This document shows, in pieces, positions 12,589-22,988 of a stretch of 64,000 bases of DNA. Source of the DNA: Amoebophrya sp. A120 (lineage: Eukaryota > Protista > Dinoflagellata); contig CAJINV010000028.1 of NCBI GenBank assembly GCA_905178155.1, positions 41,761 to 105,760 of the forward strand, given 5' to 3'. A program made the position numbers and the translations under genes. Position 1 is the stretch's first letter. The number at the start of each line of letters is the position of its first letter. The notes under the pieces are model-generated. The model searched no databases. It saw nothing but the letters and a program-made list of their open reading frames with translations, and was not told the DNA's origin.

Positions 12589-13975
12589 AAGTGCAACACA
12601 GAATGTGATGATAAATAATTTGCCTCGAAATCCTATGGCACCCGATGCGTGATGCTAGTGCCGTGCTGTCTTGCTGCTCTGTGTGGGCCAGGAGTGAAGA
12701 AGACCCTAAAGCTCCCGCTGGTGCTGGTGCAAAATTTTTGATTTGTTCCTACTAAAAATCCGTTGTCACTGTCGTTGAAGCCTGTTGATCGTTTGTTGTC
12801 GTATGCCATGCTGTCGTTGCCATCGCAGTCGTGTCACACTTCGCATTATCGTCGTCTAAGTAAGAGAGATGATGAGGCTGAGTGATGAGTAGTTGTCCGT
12901 GCAAATCGTGAAGTGTCGATGTTTCACTAGTTATGGACATAGTTACTGATGCTACCTGAATCTGTGGTCTAAAAGTCTTCTACTAGAGTTGAGAAAAGGA
13001 TGTCGTTTAAAGGCGTCCAAAAGTCTGTGTCCTTGCGAAAGGACTACAGCAGCAACTGCAACGTGAAGCTGTGGCTGCAGTTCAAGACCGATTTTGGGAT
13101 CACTGACGGTGCCACCATTACGGTGGATGAGCTGACGGACTTTGCTGAATTCTTGGTTTCCAAGCCCTACGCATCCGCTGCGAACTACCTCGGCGCCGCT
13201 GTTGGCTACGAGGCAAGCAGGAGCAAGCTGCAGGAATCGGTGCACTTCGAGCGGAGCTGAGCGGCTTGTTGTCGCGGAACGAGTGCGAGAAGTTCCTGAA
13301 CCACGTGCGGCTGTATGACTCCTCGGACTGCATTTGGTGCCTGCAGACGATGTTCCAGGTGTTTTTCAAGCAGTACTCTGCGACCTGCGACAAGTCTCCG
13401 GAGTATTTCATGGCGATGTTCAACAACCAGATGCAGCAGCGGTTGTTGAAAAAGATGAACGCTGGGACTTCCACCACCCCCGGTGCCGGTGCTGGCTCGA
13501 AGAACCAGAATCGTGGAAACCACGTTTCTGGTTCCAGGGATTTGGTGCCCCGTTCGGATACGGCCAGCAGGTGCAGGCCCCGACTGCCAGCGCCGCCCAG
13601 ATGCAGTCCCCGCAGCCGTTTAGCGGTGCCCCGACCGGACCGAAGACCTACCTCTTCTTGCCCAAGGGCATCTGCCACAAGGAGGTGAAGGTATTACCCC
13701 CTCCCCTGTGTTGCTGATGAATGAAGATGTTGATAAAGATGTTTGTAGATGATTATCAGGTGACGCAGCGATGAGATTCTTTAGTTGACCATGCAGATGT
13801 ATGATGTTGCTGCTACTTCTTCTTGCTTAAAAGACTGACCTCTGTGACCTAGTGCGATCATCTACCAATTACAATCCCAGGATGGCCAGTGCCCGGACCG
13901 CCAGAACTGCAAGCACAAGCACAAGGGTGATGACGGGTACCCAGATGCTGAAGTCGCCGCTGCACTGGCGCGGCG
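12589..13975 (+). mobile_element. Cassette C4, internally deleted YR-family derivative
   Basis: Flanked by 28-bp sites; leader shared with C3; truncated YR fused to a second ORF; terminal hairpin TCGCCGC...GCGGCGA at 13954-13976. Confidence 0.85.
13000..13260 (+). pseudogene. Truncated tyrosine recombinase paralog (N-terminal 86 aa, no catalytic domain)
   Basis: MSFKGVQKSVSLRKDYSSNCNVKLW...ESVHFER aligns with the C3 YR N-terminus, then stops. Confidence 0.9.
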
Positions 13976-13985
13976 ATCTTCGTGA
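13254..13985 (+). CDS. 5'-truncated gag-like / CCCH zinc-finger ORF with a GT-AG intron (13691-13880)
   Basis: Splicing AAG|GTATTA...TCCCAG|GAT gives CHKEVKDGQCPDRQNCKHKH, a canonical C-x8-C-x5-C-x3-H finger. The stop TGA (13983-13985) lies inside the 28-bp site. There is one frame change near 13515-13540. Confidence 0.65.
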
Positions 13986-14146
13986 AATCGTCCTCTTCCC
14001 TTTAAATGCAAATTCCTCGCTTTTTCCTCCATCCGCAGCCGTCGCTGGTAGGCACGCTCATCCTCGGACTGATCACAGTCGGAGGTGTCAGAGACCGCCG
14101 GGCCGCCGCGGGGCAGATCGAAATCTCTGCTTGGTGAAGACGACAT
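13976..14146 (-). CDS. 5' part of the disrupted host exon (MSSSPSRD...NLHLKGRGRFHED), copy 1
   Basis: ATG at 14146; reads the 28-bp site in the same frame as the 7543-7789 segment. Confidence 0.7.
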
Positions 14147-15214
14147 GATCTTGTTAGGGGTAAGAAAATGATCTACGACCCTTTTTCAAACGGTATTGGA
14201 ACGGTTTAGGTAACAAGAGCGCGCCTTGAAGAAGAGACGAAATCTTATTATTAAAGTTGATTTCTTCCGAGGTGATCTTCTGCTAGTACCGTAGCATTGG
14301 CATTGCAGATCTTCAAAAATGACATTCAAGAACGCTCTTTCTTGACTGCTACTACTGTTGCGGCACTGGTTTTTTCAAGAAGAATGGTGTTGCTCGATAT
14401 TAGGATGATGCTGATGATCTGATTATGATTTCGTAGTGATGGATCCTCAGCGTCAGCGGGGCGTAAAAGGTGGGTAGGAATTCGAATTGTCAGTCGTGGT
14501 TTTTCAACAAGTTCACCCCTGTTGATCGGTGTTCCAAAAGTTGAAATAGCGTCTCCGTCTCAGGATAGAAAAAGTGTTCCGAAGATGATATCAGAATGGT
14601 TTTCTACGACACACGTACGATCTACACAAATCTGGAAGCGGTCAACGGCAGCATGATGAACATGGTGCACGTGTTCCAGCTTCTTTCTTATCTGCATGCA
14701 TCTGTGGTATTGAATAGTGTCGGTTTATTTTGGACGAACACGAAGAGCTTCATCGGGATCCTGTCAAGCTGCAGACGAAATGGCAACAATAGCAAAGCTT
14801 CATACAACAAGGAGCTGCAGTTACGAGAATGATTTCTATCTAGCATGATCGTATACCTGCGTAGAAGGTAAATGGATCGATCTGTCTCGTCGTACTTGCT
14901 TTGTTGACTTCTACCTCCGTCGTGTGATCTTCTACCAGTATCGTAGCCTGGATCATCTTGGAGGACGACCTTCAGAGGCACATGTAGCAGAACCACGGAT
15001 GAAGCAACAATCAACTGACGGATCTCATTCTCACGTGCGAAACTGCATAACGACATTGCGATTGGAGATGACGTCGAAATTCAAGAGTTTGCGTCGAATT
15101 CGAAAAACGTAAAGGTTGGTTAATTTAAATTCAAAAGCTCTCTCGCTCTCTCGCGACTCTCCCGACCTCGCGACTCTCCTGAGCCAATCTTCGTGAAATC
15201 GTCCTCTTCCCTTT

Positions 15215-16724
15215 AAGTGGACGTGTCAACGTCAAGGACTGTCGCATGAGCGATTACATGCCGTCCTACCAGAGAGAACACTACTAAGCTAACTAGGTAC
15301 CCTCATGGTACTACGGAGTTATGGATGTGATTCATACTACGGGCTTCATACCTGAAGCCATTCTGGCACTGTGTTCCATTGGTATCCATTGCCATGGTTG
15401 TAGTGTGTCCCTGTGTGTGGATCCTAGTGGTGTGATCCTACTCATGATCCTACTGCTGATCCTCTAGACCCATCTATATTCTAGGTTTGTCATGCGCAAA
15501 ATCGAGAAAGAACCTCGACCAACTGCCTCTGGTGCCCTTTTTCAAAATAGTCGCATGCTGATACTAGCACTCGCGAACCGAATTTCTAGGGATAAGGCTA
15601 CCAGGCTACTCGAGGAAATGCACCCCAGCGCAGAAGACAAATCAGAAAGGAGGAAATATAGCCTCTAATACTCCCAATGTCTGAAAATAAATCTGAGTCC
15701 TTCGCTTCAAAGCGGAATGCAACCTCTACCCAGAAACTGCTAGAACCTGCAAAGGGGTTCATCAGCATCGCGCGAAAATTTCCGGTAAGGTCCTGAGCAG
15801 ACATCCTCCAATAAAACCCAGCAAATGCAACAAATCTCCTCCGTGGTTCAAGCGACTACGCGCAGCTTCCACATCGGAAAAGTTACCACATTGGCCCCAA
15901 GGACAAAAGCATACGGACTGGGGGGTCTTCCTGTATTGACCTGGTCCAAGTTCCAAAGCTAATGTCTGCCTGCATTTTCAGCTGCTGATAAACAAATCAG
16001 AGCGGCGGCGGATAGATCAAAACAACAGAAGAACTGCAATGCTTTCCGCGTCCAGAAAGCTTTGCGATTCCTGTGCGGCTTTCCTAGCGAGGTCAACAGC
16101 CTCGCCGGCTTTCAGACTCGTACAAGCTCAAAGCTTTCAGTCGACCACTGGTCCCAGTCTCGGTCTAATTCGACTTCTTTTCTAAGTACATTCGACACAC
16201 GCACGCGGCGTTTCCTGCTACCACGCAAGATTTCTTTGAGGAGGCATTAGATAGCGAGAGCACAAAACCGCTCCACTTGTCTCAGCACGACTTACACCCG
16301 AGAAGTTTCTTCACTTTCATTATTCTAGCGACCGCAGGGAGGGATTGGCGTTCGATAGTGGCAACACTATCTTCACAAGCCATTTCTTTCCTTATCCTCG
16401 CCAACAGCAACCGCTCCCAAGCCTAGGCTTGGCGCGCTGCGTGGCGCCTTCGCCTTAGCCAAAAGCCGTAGGAACTTCCAACCAGCAACAGACTCAGTTG
16501 CGGTGTAGTTCTGGCCTAAAGAAGCCTCTTCTTCTATCGACAAAAGCAGTTGATCCCAAATGGTCGACCGACCTCTTTTTCTACACAATTACAGCAGACA
16601 GCTGCCAATGAGGAAGCTAGTCCTTCTGTCTCAACCTCAAAACCTCAGTCGCCTTTTTCCTGAAAGGCGTTCTCGTGGACCCCGACTGCATTCCCGGGAG
16701 CTGCTCCTTCGGGCAATCGAGCCA
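15215..16724. mobile_element. Cassette C5 (non-autonomous, unknown cargo)
   Basis: Flanked by 28-bp sites. The right end GCTGCTCCTTCGGGCAATCGAGCCA is a degenerate copy of the target flank. Only short ORFs. Confidence 0.7.
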
Positions 16725-17226
16725 ATCTTCGTGAAATCGTCCTCTTCCCTTTTACGCAACACAGAATGTGATGATAAATAATTTCCTCGTATCCTTTGGT
16801 TCCCGATGCAAGTTGTAGCTGTAGCTGACTGATGTTGATAGTGTGTGTTGCCCGCTGCTGATGCTTGGGCCAGGAGTGCAGAGACCCTTAAGCTCCTGAT
16901 GGTGCTGAAGCTTGTTCTTTTCTCTCGTGAGTCGTATTTTCGTCGATGAAGCATGACGAATGATAGTCTGCTTCTATCGTACATCGCTCGACTGATGTCG
17001 TCAAATCGTTATTGCCATCGTTGAAATGAAACTACACTCGCTGGTCGTTGTCGTTGCTTGAGTGAGCCGATGTGTAAAGCATACTTGGGTTGCAAAAGAT
17101 GAGCGCTGACAGAAATTACATCAGAAATAGTTGCTATCTGTTACAGTTGCTGATAGTTTAAAGCTACTAGTACGCATTCTCCTTTTGAAGTTGGTTTTGA
17201 ATCTGTACGTGCTGAGCAAAAGCAAG

Positions 17227-18099
17227 ATGTCCTCCTCCGCACCGTTTAAAGGCGTGATAAAGTCCGTTTCTTTGAAGAAGGACTACACCACGAACTGCAA
17301 CGTCAAGCTGTGGCAGCAGTACAAGCAGGGGAGTGGTTTGATGGATGCAGTGATCACGGTGGACGCGCTGACTGACTACGCTGAGTTCCTCGTTAGCAAA
17401 CCGTATGCGTCAGCACTGAACTACCTCAGTGCGGCGGTAGGTTACGAGGCTAGCAGATCCCGACTTGAAGAATCGGTGCACTTCGAGCGCCGATTCAAAC
17501 AGCTGAAAAACTCCGTCGTGAAGGAGTTGAGTGGAGTTTTGCCCACGCAGGCGCGCGTCTTCTGTGTGAGGGAGCTGGTGCGGCTCCCGCAGCCGATGCG
17601 TACGATTCTGGTGCTCCCGATCTACCTGGGGTGGCGTGATGCATCACTGCGCGAGGCCACCAATGCTGATGTCGAGCTGGTTGGTGGCCAGCTCTTAGTC
17701 CATTGCGGGAAGGACAAGGTGAAGAAAAGCGCAGGAAGAACGGTAGCCGTCCCCTGCTGCTGCTCCCCGGCGTTCAAAAACGTCCTTTGCCCGATACATG
17801 GGCCTAGCTGGAACCTGAGCGTGGACGATGCAGACAGGGCGGAAGCGTTGCGGTCTTGCAATGCCCAGCTCTCCCGCCACTCCTTTAGGAGGACGCTGGC
17901 AGTGCATGTCCGCCTGCACCTACATGATTCCGGGCTGGAATGGGATTCCCTTCCGGCGGTGCAAAAGGCGAAAATAAATCGCCACTTCGGTTGGGGCCAA
18001 GGCAGCGTGATGTTCTGCCGGTACTCTGGCGACTACCTGAACTACGAGCAGGACCTGCGGCTCCCATTGGGCCGCATGATGGAAAGCTTCAGCCAATGA
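17227..18099 (+). CDS. Tyrosine recombinase, second copy (identical protein)
   Basis: Translation is identical to 11255-12127. Confidence 0.9.
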   Translation: MSSSAPFKGVIKSVSLKKDYTTNCNVKLWQQYKQGSGLMDAVITVDALTDYAEFLVSKPYASALNYLSAAVGYEASRSRLEESVHFERRFKQLKNSVVKELSGVLPTQARVFCVRELVRLPQPMRTILVLPIYLGWRDASLREATNADVELVGGQLLVHCGKDKVKKSAGRTVAVPCCCSPAFKNVLCPIHGPSWNLSVDDADRAEALRSCNAQLSRHSFRRTLAVHVRLHLHDSGLEWDSLPAVQKAKINRHFGWGQGSVMFCRYSGDYLNYEQDLRLPLGRMMESFSQ

Positions 18100-18971
18100 C
18101 GCAGGAGGTGTGTTGCGTGCAGATGGTTCGTCCGGGGTGGCCGGGTTGTGCAGTTGGTGGCGTGCTGCTATGCGCTGGCGAGGTCACGGGACCCACAGCG
18201 TGTAGATTGGATGTGACGCTACCGAGGGCACAGCCCCCCCCATGTTGAACGATGATGGTGATCTGATTCCTACAGTGTTGAAAGAAAGTTTTTCTTGTGT
18301 AAGTACGATGCTGCTGTGTGCCTCTGTCGCTTCGCTTTCGGTTGCTAGTTCTACTGACACACCAACGCTGACTGCGCTATACCTTAAAAGTCTGTCATGA
18401 AAGTTGCTTTGTTCGACTACATTTTTCGGTTGCCTTGTGTATACGCTGTTTTTTTTGGGAAGCGGGACGCATCGGATAAGTCATGCGAAGGAGCGCCTCC
18501 TCTGGTAAGGGCGGCGGGAAAGCCTCCCGCCAATCTTCGTGAAATCGTCCTCTTCCCTTTAAGTGCAACACAGAATGTGATGATAAATAATTTGCCTCGA
18601 AATCCTATGGCACCCGATGCGTGATGCTAGTGCCGTGCTGTCTTGCTGCTCTGTGTGGGCCAGGAGTGAAGAAGACCCTAAAGCTCCCGCTGGTGCTGGT
18701 GCAAAATTTTTGATTTGTTCCTACTAAAAATCCGTTGTCACTGTCGTTGAAGCCTGTTGATCGTTTGTTGTCGTATGCCATGCTGTCGTTGCCATCGCAG
18801 TCGTGTCACACTTCGCATTATCGTCGTCTAAGTAAGAGAGATGATGAGGCTGAGTGATGAGTAGTTGTCCGTGCAAATCGTGAAGTGTCGATGTTTCACT
18901 AGTTATGGACATAGTTACTGATGCTACCTGAATCTGTGGTCTAAAAGTCTTCTACTAGAGTTGAGAAAAGG

Positions 18972-19957
18972 ATGTCGTTTAAAGGCGTCCAAAAGTCTGT
19001 GTCCTTGCGAAAGGACTACAGCAGCAACTGCAACGTGAAGCTGTGGCTGCAGTTCAAGACCGATTTTGGGATCACTGACGGTGCCACCATTACGGTGGAT
19101 GAGCTGACGGACTTTGCTGAATTCTTGGTTTCCAAGCCCTACGCATCCGCTGCGAACTACCTCGGCGCCGCTGTTGGCTACGAGGCAAGCAGGAGCAAGC
19201 TGCAGGAATCGGTGCACTTCGAGCGGAGCTGAGCGGCTTGTTGTCGCGGAACGAGTGCGAGAAGTTCCTGAACCACGTGCGGCTGTATGACTCCTCGGAC
19301 TGCATTTGGTGCCTGCAGACGATGTTCCAGGTGTTTTTCAAGCAGTACTCTGCGACCTGCGACAAGTCTCCGGAGTATTTCATGGCGATGTTCAACAACC
19401 AGATGCAGCAGCGGTTGTTGAAAAAGATGAACGCTGGGACTTCCACCACCCCCGGTGCCGGTGCTGGCTCGAAGAACCAGAATCGTGGAAACCACGTTTC
19501 TGGTTCCAGGGATTTGGTGCCCCGTTCGGATACGGCCAGCAGGTGCAGGCCCCGACTGCCAGCGCCGCCCAGATGCAGTCCCCGCAGCCGTTTAGCGGTG
19601 CCCCGACCGGACCGAAGACCTACCTCTTCTTGCCCAAGGGCATCTGCCACAAGGAGGTGAAGGTATTACCCCCTCCCCTGTGTTGCTGATGAATGAAAAT
19701 GTTGATAAAGATGTTTGTAGATGATTATCAGGTGACGCAGCGATGAGATTCTTTAGTTGACCATGCAGATGTATGATGTTGCTGCTACTTCTTCTTGCTT
19801 AAAAGACTGACCTCTGTGACCTAGTGCGATCATCTACCAATTACAATCCCAGGATGGCCAGTGCCCGGACCGCCAGAACTGCAAGCACAAGCACAAGGGT
19901 GATGACGGGTACCCAGATGCTGAAGTCGCCGCTGCACTGGCGCGGCGATCTTCGTGA
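18972..19957 (+). pseudogene. Second copy of the truncated YR plus CCCH ORF (cassette C4')
   Basis: Translations are identical to those at 13000-13985. Confidence 0.85.
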
Positions 19958-20118
19958 AATCGTCCTCTTCCCTTTAAATGCAAATTCCTCGCTTTTTCCT
20001 CCATCCGCAGCCGTCGCTGGTAGGCACGCTCATCCTCGGACTGATCACAGTCGGAGGTGTCAGAGACCGCCGGGCCGCCGCGTGGCAGATCGAGATCCCT
20101 GCTTGGTGAAGACGACAT
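19948..20118 (-). CDS. 5' part of the disrupted host exon, copy 2
   Basis: MSSSPSRDLDLPRGG...KGRGRFHED; differs from copy 1 by a few substitutions. Confidence 0.65.
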
Positions 20119-21112
20119 GATCTTGTTAGGGGTAAGAAAATGATCTTTTACGACCCTTTTTTAAACGGTATTGGAATGGTTTAGGTAACAAGAGCGCGCC
20201 TTGAAGAAGAGACGAAATCTTATTATTAAAGTTGATATTTTCCGAGGTGATCTTCTGCTAGTACCGTAGCATTGGCATTGCAGATCTTCAAAAATGACAC
20301 TCAAGAACGCTTTTTCTTGACTGCTACTACTGTTGCGGCACTGGTTTTTTCAAGAAGAATGGTGTTGCTCGATATCGGGATGATGCTGATGATCTGATTA
20401 TGATTTCGTAGTGATGGATCCTCAGCGTCAGCGGGGCGTAAAAGGTGGGTAGGAATTCGAATTGTCAGTCGTGGTTTTTCAACAAGTTCACCCCTGTTGA
20501 TCGGTGTTCCAAAAGTTGAAATAGCGTCTCCGTCTCAGGATAGAAAAAGTGTTCCGAAGATGATATCAGAATGGTTTTCTACGACACACGTACGATCTAC
20601 ACAAATCTGGAAGCGGTCAACGGCAGCATGATGAACATGGTGCACGTGTTCCAGCTTCTTTCTTATCTGCATGCATCTGTGGTATTGAATAGTGTCGGTT
20701 TATTTTGGACGAACACGAAGAGCTTCATCGGGATCCTGTCAAGCTGCAGACGAAATGGCAACAAGAGCAAAGCTTCATACAACAAGGAGCTGCAATTACA
20801 AGAATGATTTCTATCTAGCATGTGCATGATCGTGCAACTGCGTTGTAGAAGGTATAGTGGATCGATCTGTCTCGTATTTCTTTTGTTGACTTCTACTTCC
20901 GTCGCGTGATCTTCTACCAGTATCGTAGCCTGGAACATCTTGGAGGGCGACCTTCAGAGGCACATGTAGCACAACCACGGATGAAGCAACAATCAACTGA
21001 CGGATCTCACGTGCAAAAAAACTGCATAACGACATTGCGATTGGAGATGATGTCGAAATTCAAGAGCTTGCGTCGAATTCGAAACACGTAAAAGTTGGTT
21101 AATTTAAATTCA

Positions 21113-21790
21113 AAAGCTCGTTCACCAAGTCATTCAGGATGTGCTTGTGTATGAAACGCAACATGATCTCGCTGACTTTTTCGTTATTCTGCAAACTATC
21201 CATCGCGCTGCCTCCTACTCCGGTCAGTTTTACGGTCAATTCGACAGGATTCTCGTCCGGCTGCTGCACATCGCTCCTGTCGGTCACTGTGATTCGAGGA
21301 GCGTTCGGACCCGTCTCGTTCTCCCCGGTTAACGAATTCTTGTTGTCGACCCTGCTTGATGTCGCTGCAAAAGATAAGGACTCGACGTTCTCATGTCCAC
21401 CAGCACCAGCTGCTGGTGACCAGCATCAGCATCGTCCTCTTTCCTTACCAGCTGCAGCTGTAGTGTGGAGGACACGTCAGCAGCACCAGTGGCAGAGGTA
21501 GCAGCATGATCCTCGCCATCAGTAGTTGTACCAGGATCACTTTCATCCGTGGTCTCTTGTAGTCCTCCCGGAGGATGCGGTGCGTGTTTATTGAGACTGG
21601 TTTGAATCGCCCGGCGGAGCTGCTGATCCGAGCTATAACCTGGCGTGTCGTTGCCTGCGGTTTCCAAAAATATTCTCGATAGTGACGCCACAACCGGGAC
21701 ATGATCAGATGCTCGTCCTGCTGTAGAAGTCTTCGTGTTCTTGGTGTGCCCGCTTATGATTTCTGATTCTGGGTCTTCTCGTTCATAGAA
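21113..21790 (-). pseudogene. Partial, frameshifted duplicate of the surface-protein gene (~33900-34875) lacking its introner
   Basis: Shared peptides DSLQNNEKVSEIMLRFIHKHILNDLVN and QQLRRAIQTSLNKHAP; contiguous across the position of the 34205-34515 element. Confidence 0.85.
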
Positions 21791-22988
21791 CATGATTTCG
21801 CAGACCGGATAGGAGGAAGGCGCCTTTGTGTTAGCTGGTTCGCCCGCGCGTTCTCGTGCGCGTCGGTCAGGGACAGACTACGGCTCGCAGCAGCCACCTT
21901 TACTGCACTATCCCGTGGCGGAGCCTCCGTTCCTCGCTGACACGTCGGCGTCGCGAGGGGTGAATTTTTCTCGGTAGCACCTTCGCCCGATAAGGCCTCC
22001 GGGGTCGCGCGCAGGTCGGCTCCAAGTTCGAGGCTAGTAGCGCTCGCGGCAGTGGCGCTCTATGCTGCAGTATCCCACTCTGCGCCTCTTGCAGCGTCCA
22101 TACCGAGAGGTGCGTGTTCATCGGTGACGCCCGGTCGCAGCGCGAACTCACCGACCGTCTCCGCCACCGCCGAGCAAGTCGGAATAGCTGTTTTACTGAT
22201 TGCAGCAGCTCTGCCGCGGCTACTCCTGCCCGCCGATTCCACATGCTGCAGTACGTTCCGAGCAGCATCTTCTTCGGCAGCATTTTCCGATGGTGTGCCG
22301 TAGTTCCATTTTAGATTTAGGGGCCTTCCAGATATTACGTAGGCCTCTCGTTCCTTTAGGCTCACGTCGATGACCGGGTCCGCCGCGACGCCTGCAAGCA
22401 GAGACAGCTTCTGCTGCTCTATCTGCTCTTTTGTCTTCATTTTGTGCAGCAGCTGTACGCGACGATGTTGCGCGGCTTGGTTCTACTACCACTACTTCTG
22501 TGTAGCAGCGCATGTCGGCAGATGCCGCCCCCGTCGTACCACCAGCTCCCTTCGCCGACGTCTTTTTTGATGTGGGCAAACGACGGCGCTCTACCGACCG
22601 CGACCGTAATCTCGAGCTTCCCCCCAGACGACGATGAGGCAGCACTCCAGTGCCGACTACTGATGCGCTGCTGTATCCCCCGGCAGCGTCAGCGGGACGC
22701 AAGACGGCGTGTTGGCAGACCCGTGCTGCACTTTCGAAGAAGTGTTCACCCATACAGAGCTCCCCTGCAACACAGGACTATCGCGGCGCGCTACCCGTTC
22801 AGGGACAGGAATTTCGCCGTTGTTAGATCACCGTGAGCTGGAAAAAATCATGCTGATTCCACCTTTCAGCACCTCCCGAGGGACTTCGTGCAGAACGACA
22901 TGCACCACTACTAAGAAGTGGACCATGATTTCGCAGACCGTAGTGCTCTATAAGAAGTGGAACATGATTTCGCAGACCGGATAGGAGG
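21788..22988 (+). repeat. 29-bp direct repeats flanking a duplicated gene segment
   Basis: GAACATGATTTCGCAGACCGGATAGGAGG at 21788-21816 and 22960-22988, with a partial third copy at 22924-22940. Confidence 0.9.

Larger units (their letters stand above)
7762..19975 (+). repeat. Nine exact copies of the 28-bp site ATCTTCGTGAAATCGTCCTCTTCCCTTT (putative recombination/att core)
   Basis: Starts at 7762, 9192, 10751, 12561, 13976, 15187, 16725, 18533 and 19948, all in the same orientation. Spacings are 1430, 1559, 1810, 1415, 1211, 1538, 1808 and 1415 bp. Confidence 0.97.
16725..21119 (+). repeat. Second copy of 10751-15140 (C3' + C4' + host 5' segment)
   Basis: Offset is 5972 bp over the cassettes; homology ends after AATTTAAATTCAAAAGCTC. 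Confidence 0.95.

Noticed and set aside
7790-19947. Complete DIRS/Ngaro retrotransposon
   Set aside because: I found no RT (YxDD) or RNase H ORF and no ITR/ICR or split-repeat layout in this window; a longer parent elsewhere remains possible.
7762-19975. 28-bp repeats as a CRISPR array
   Set aside because: The spacers are 1.2-1.8 kb and include whole genes; there are no cas genes and the context is eukaryotic.
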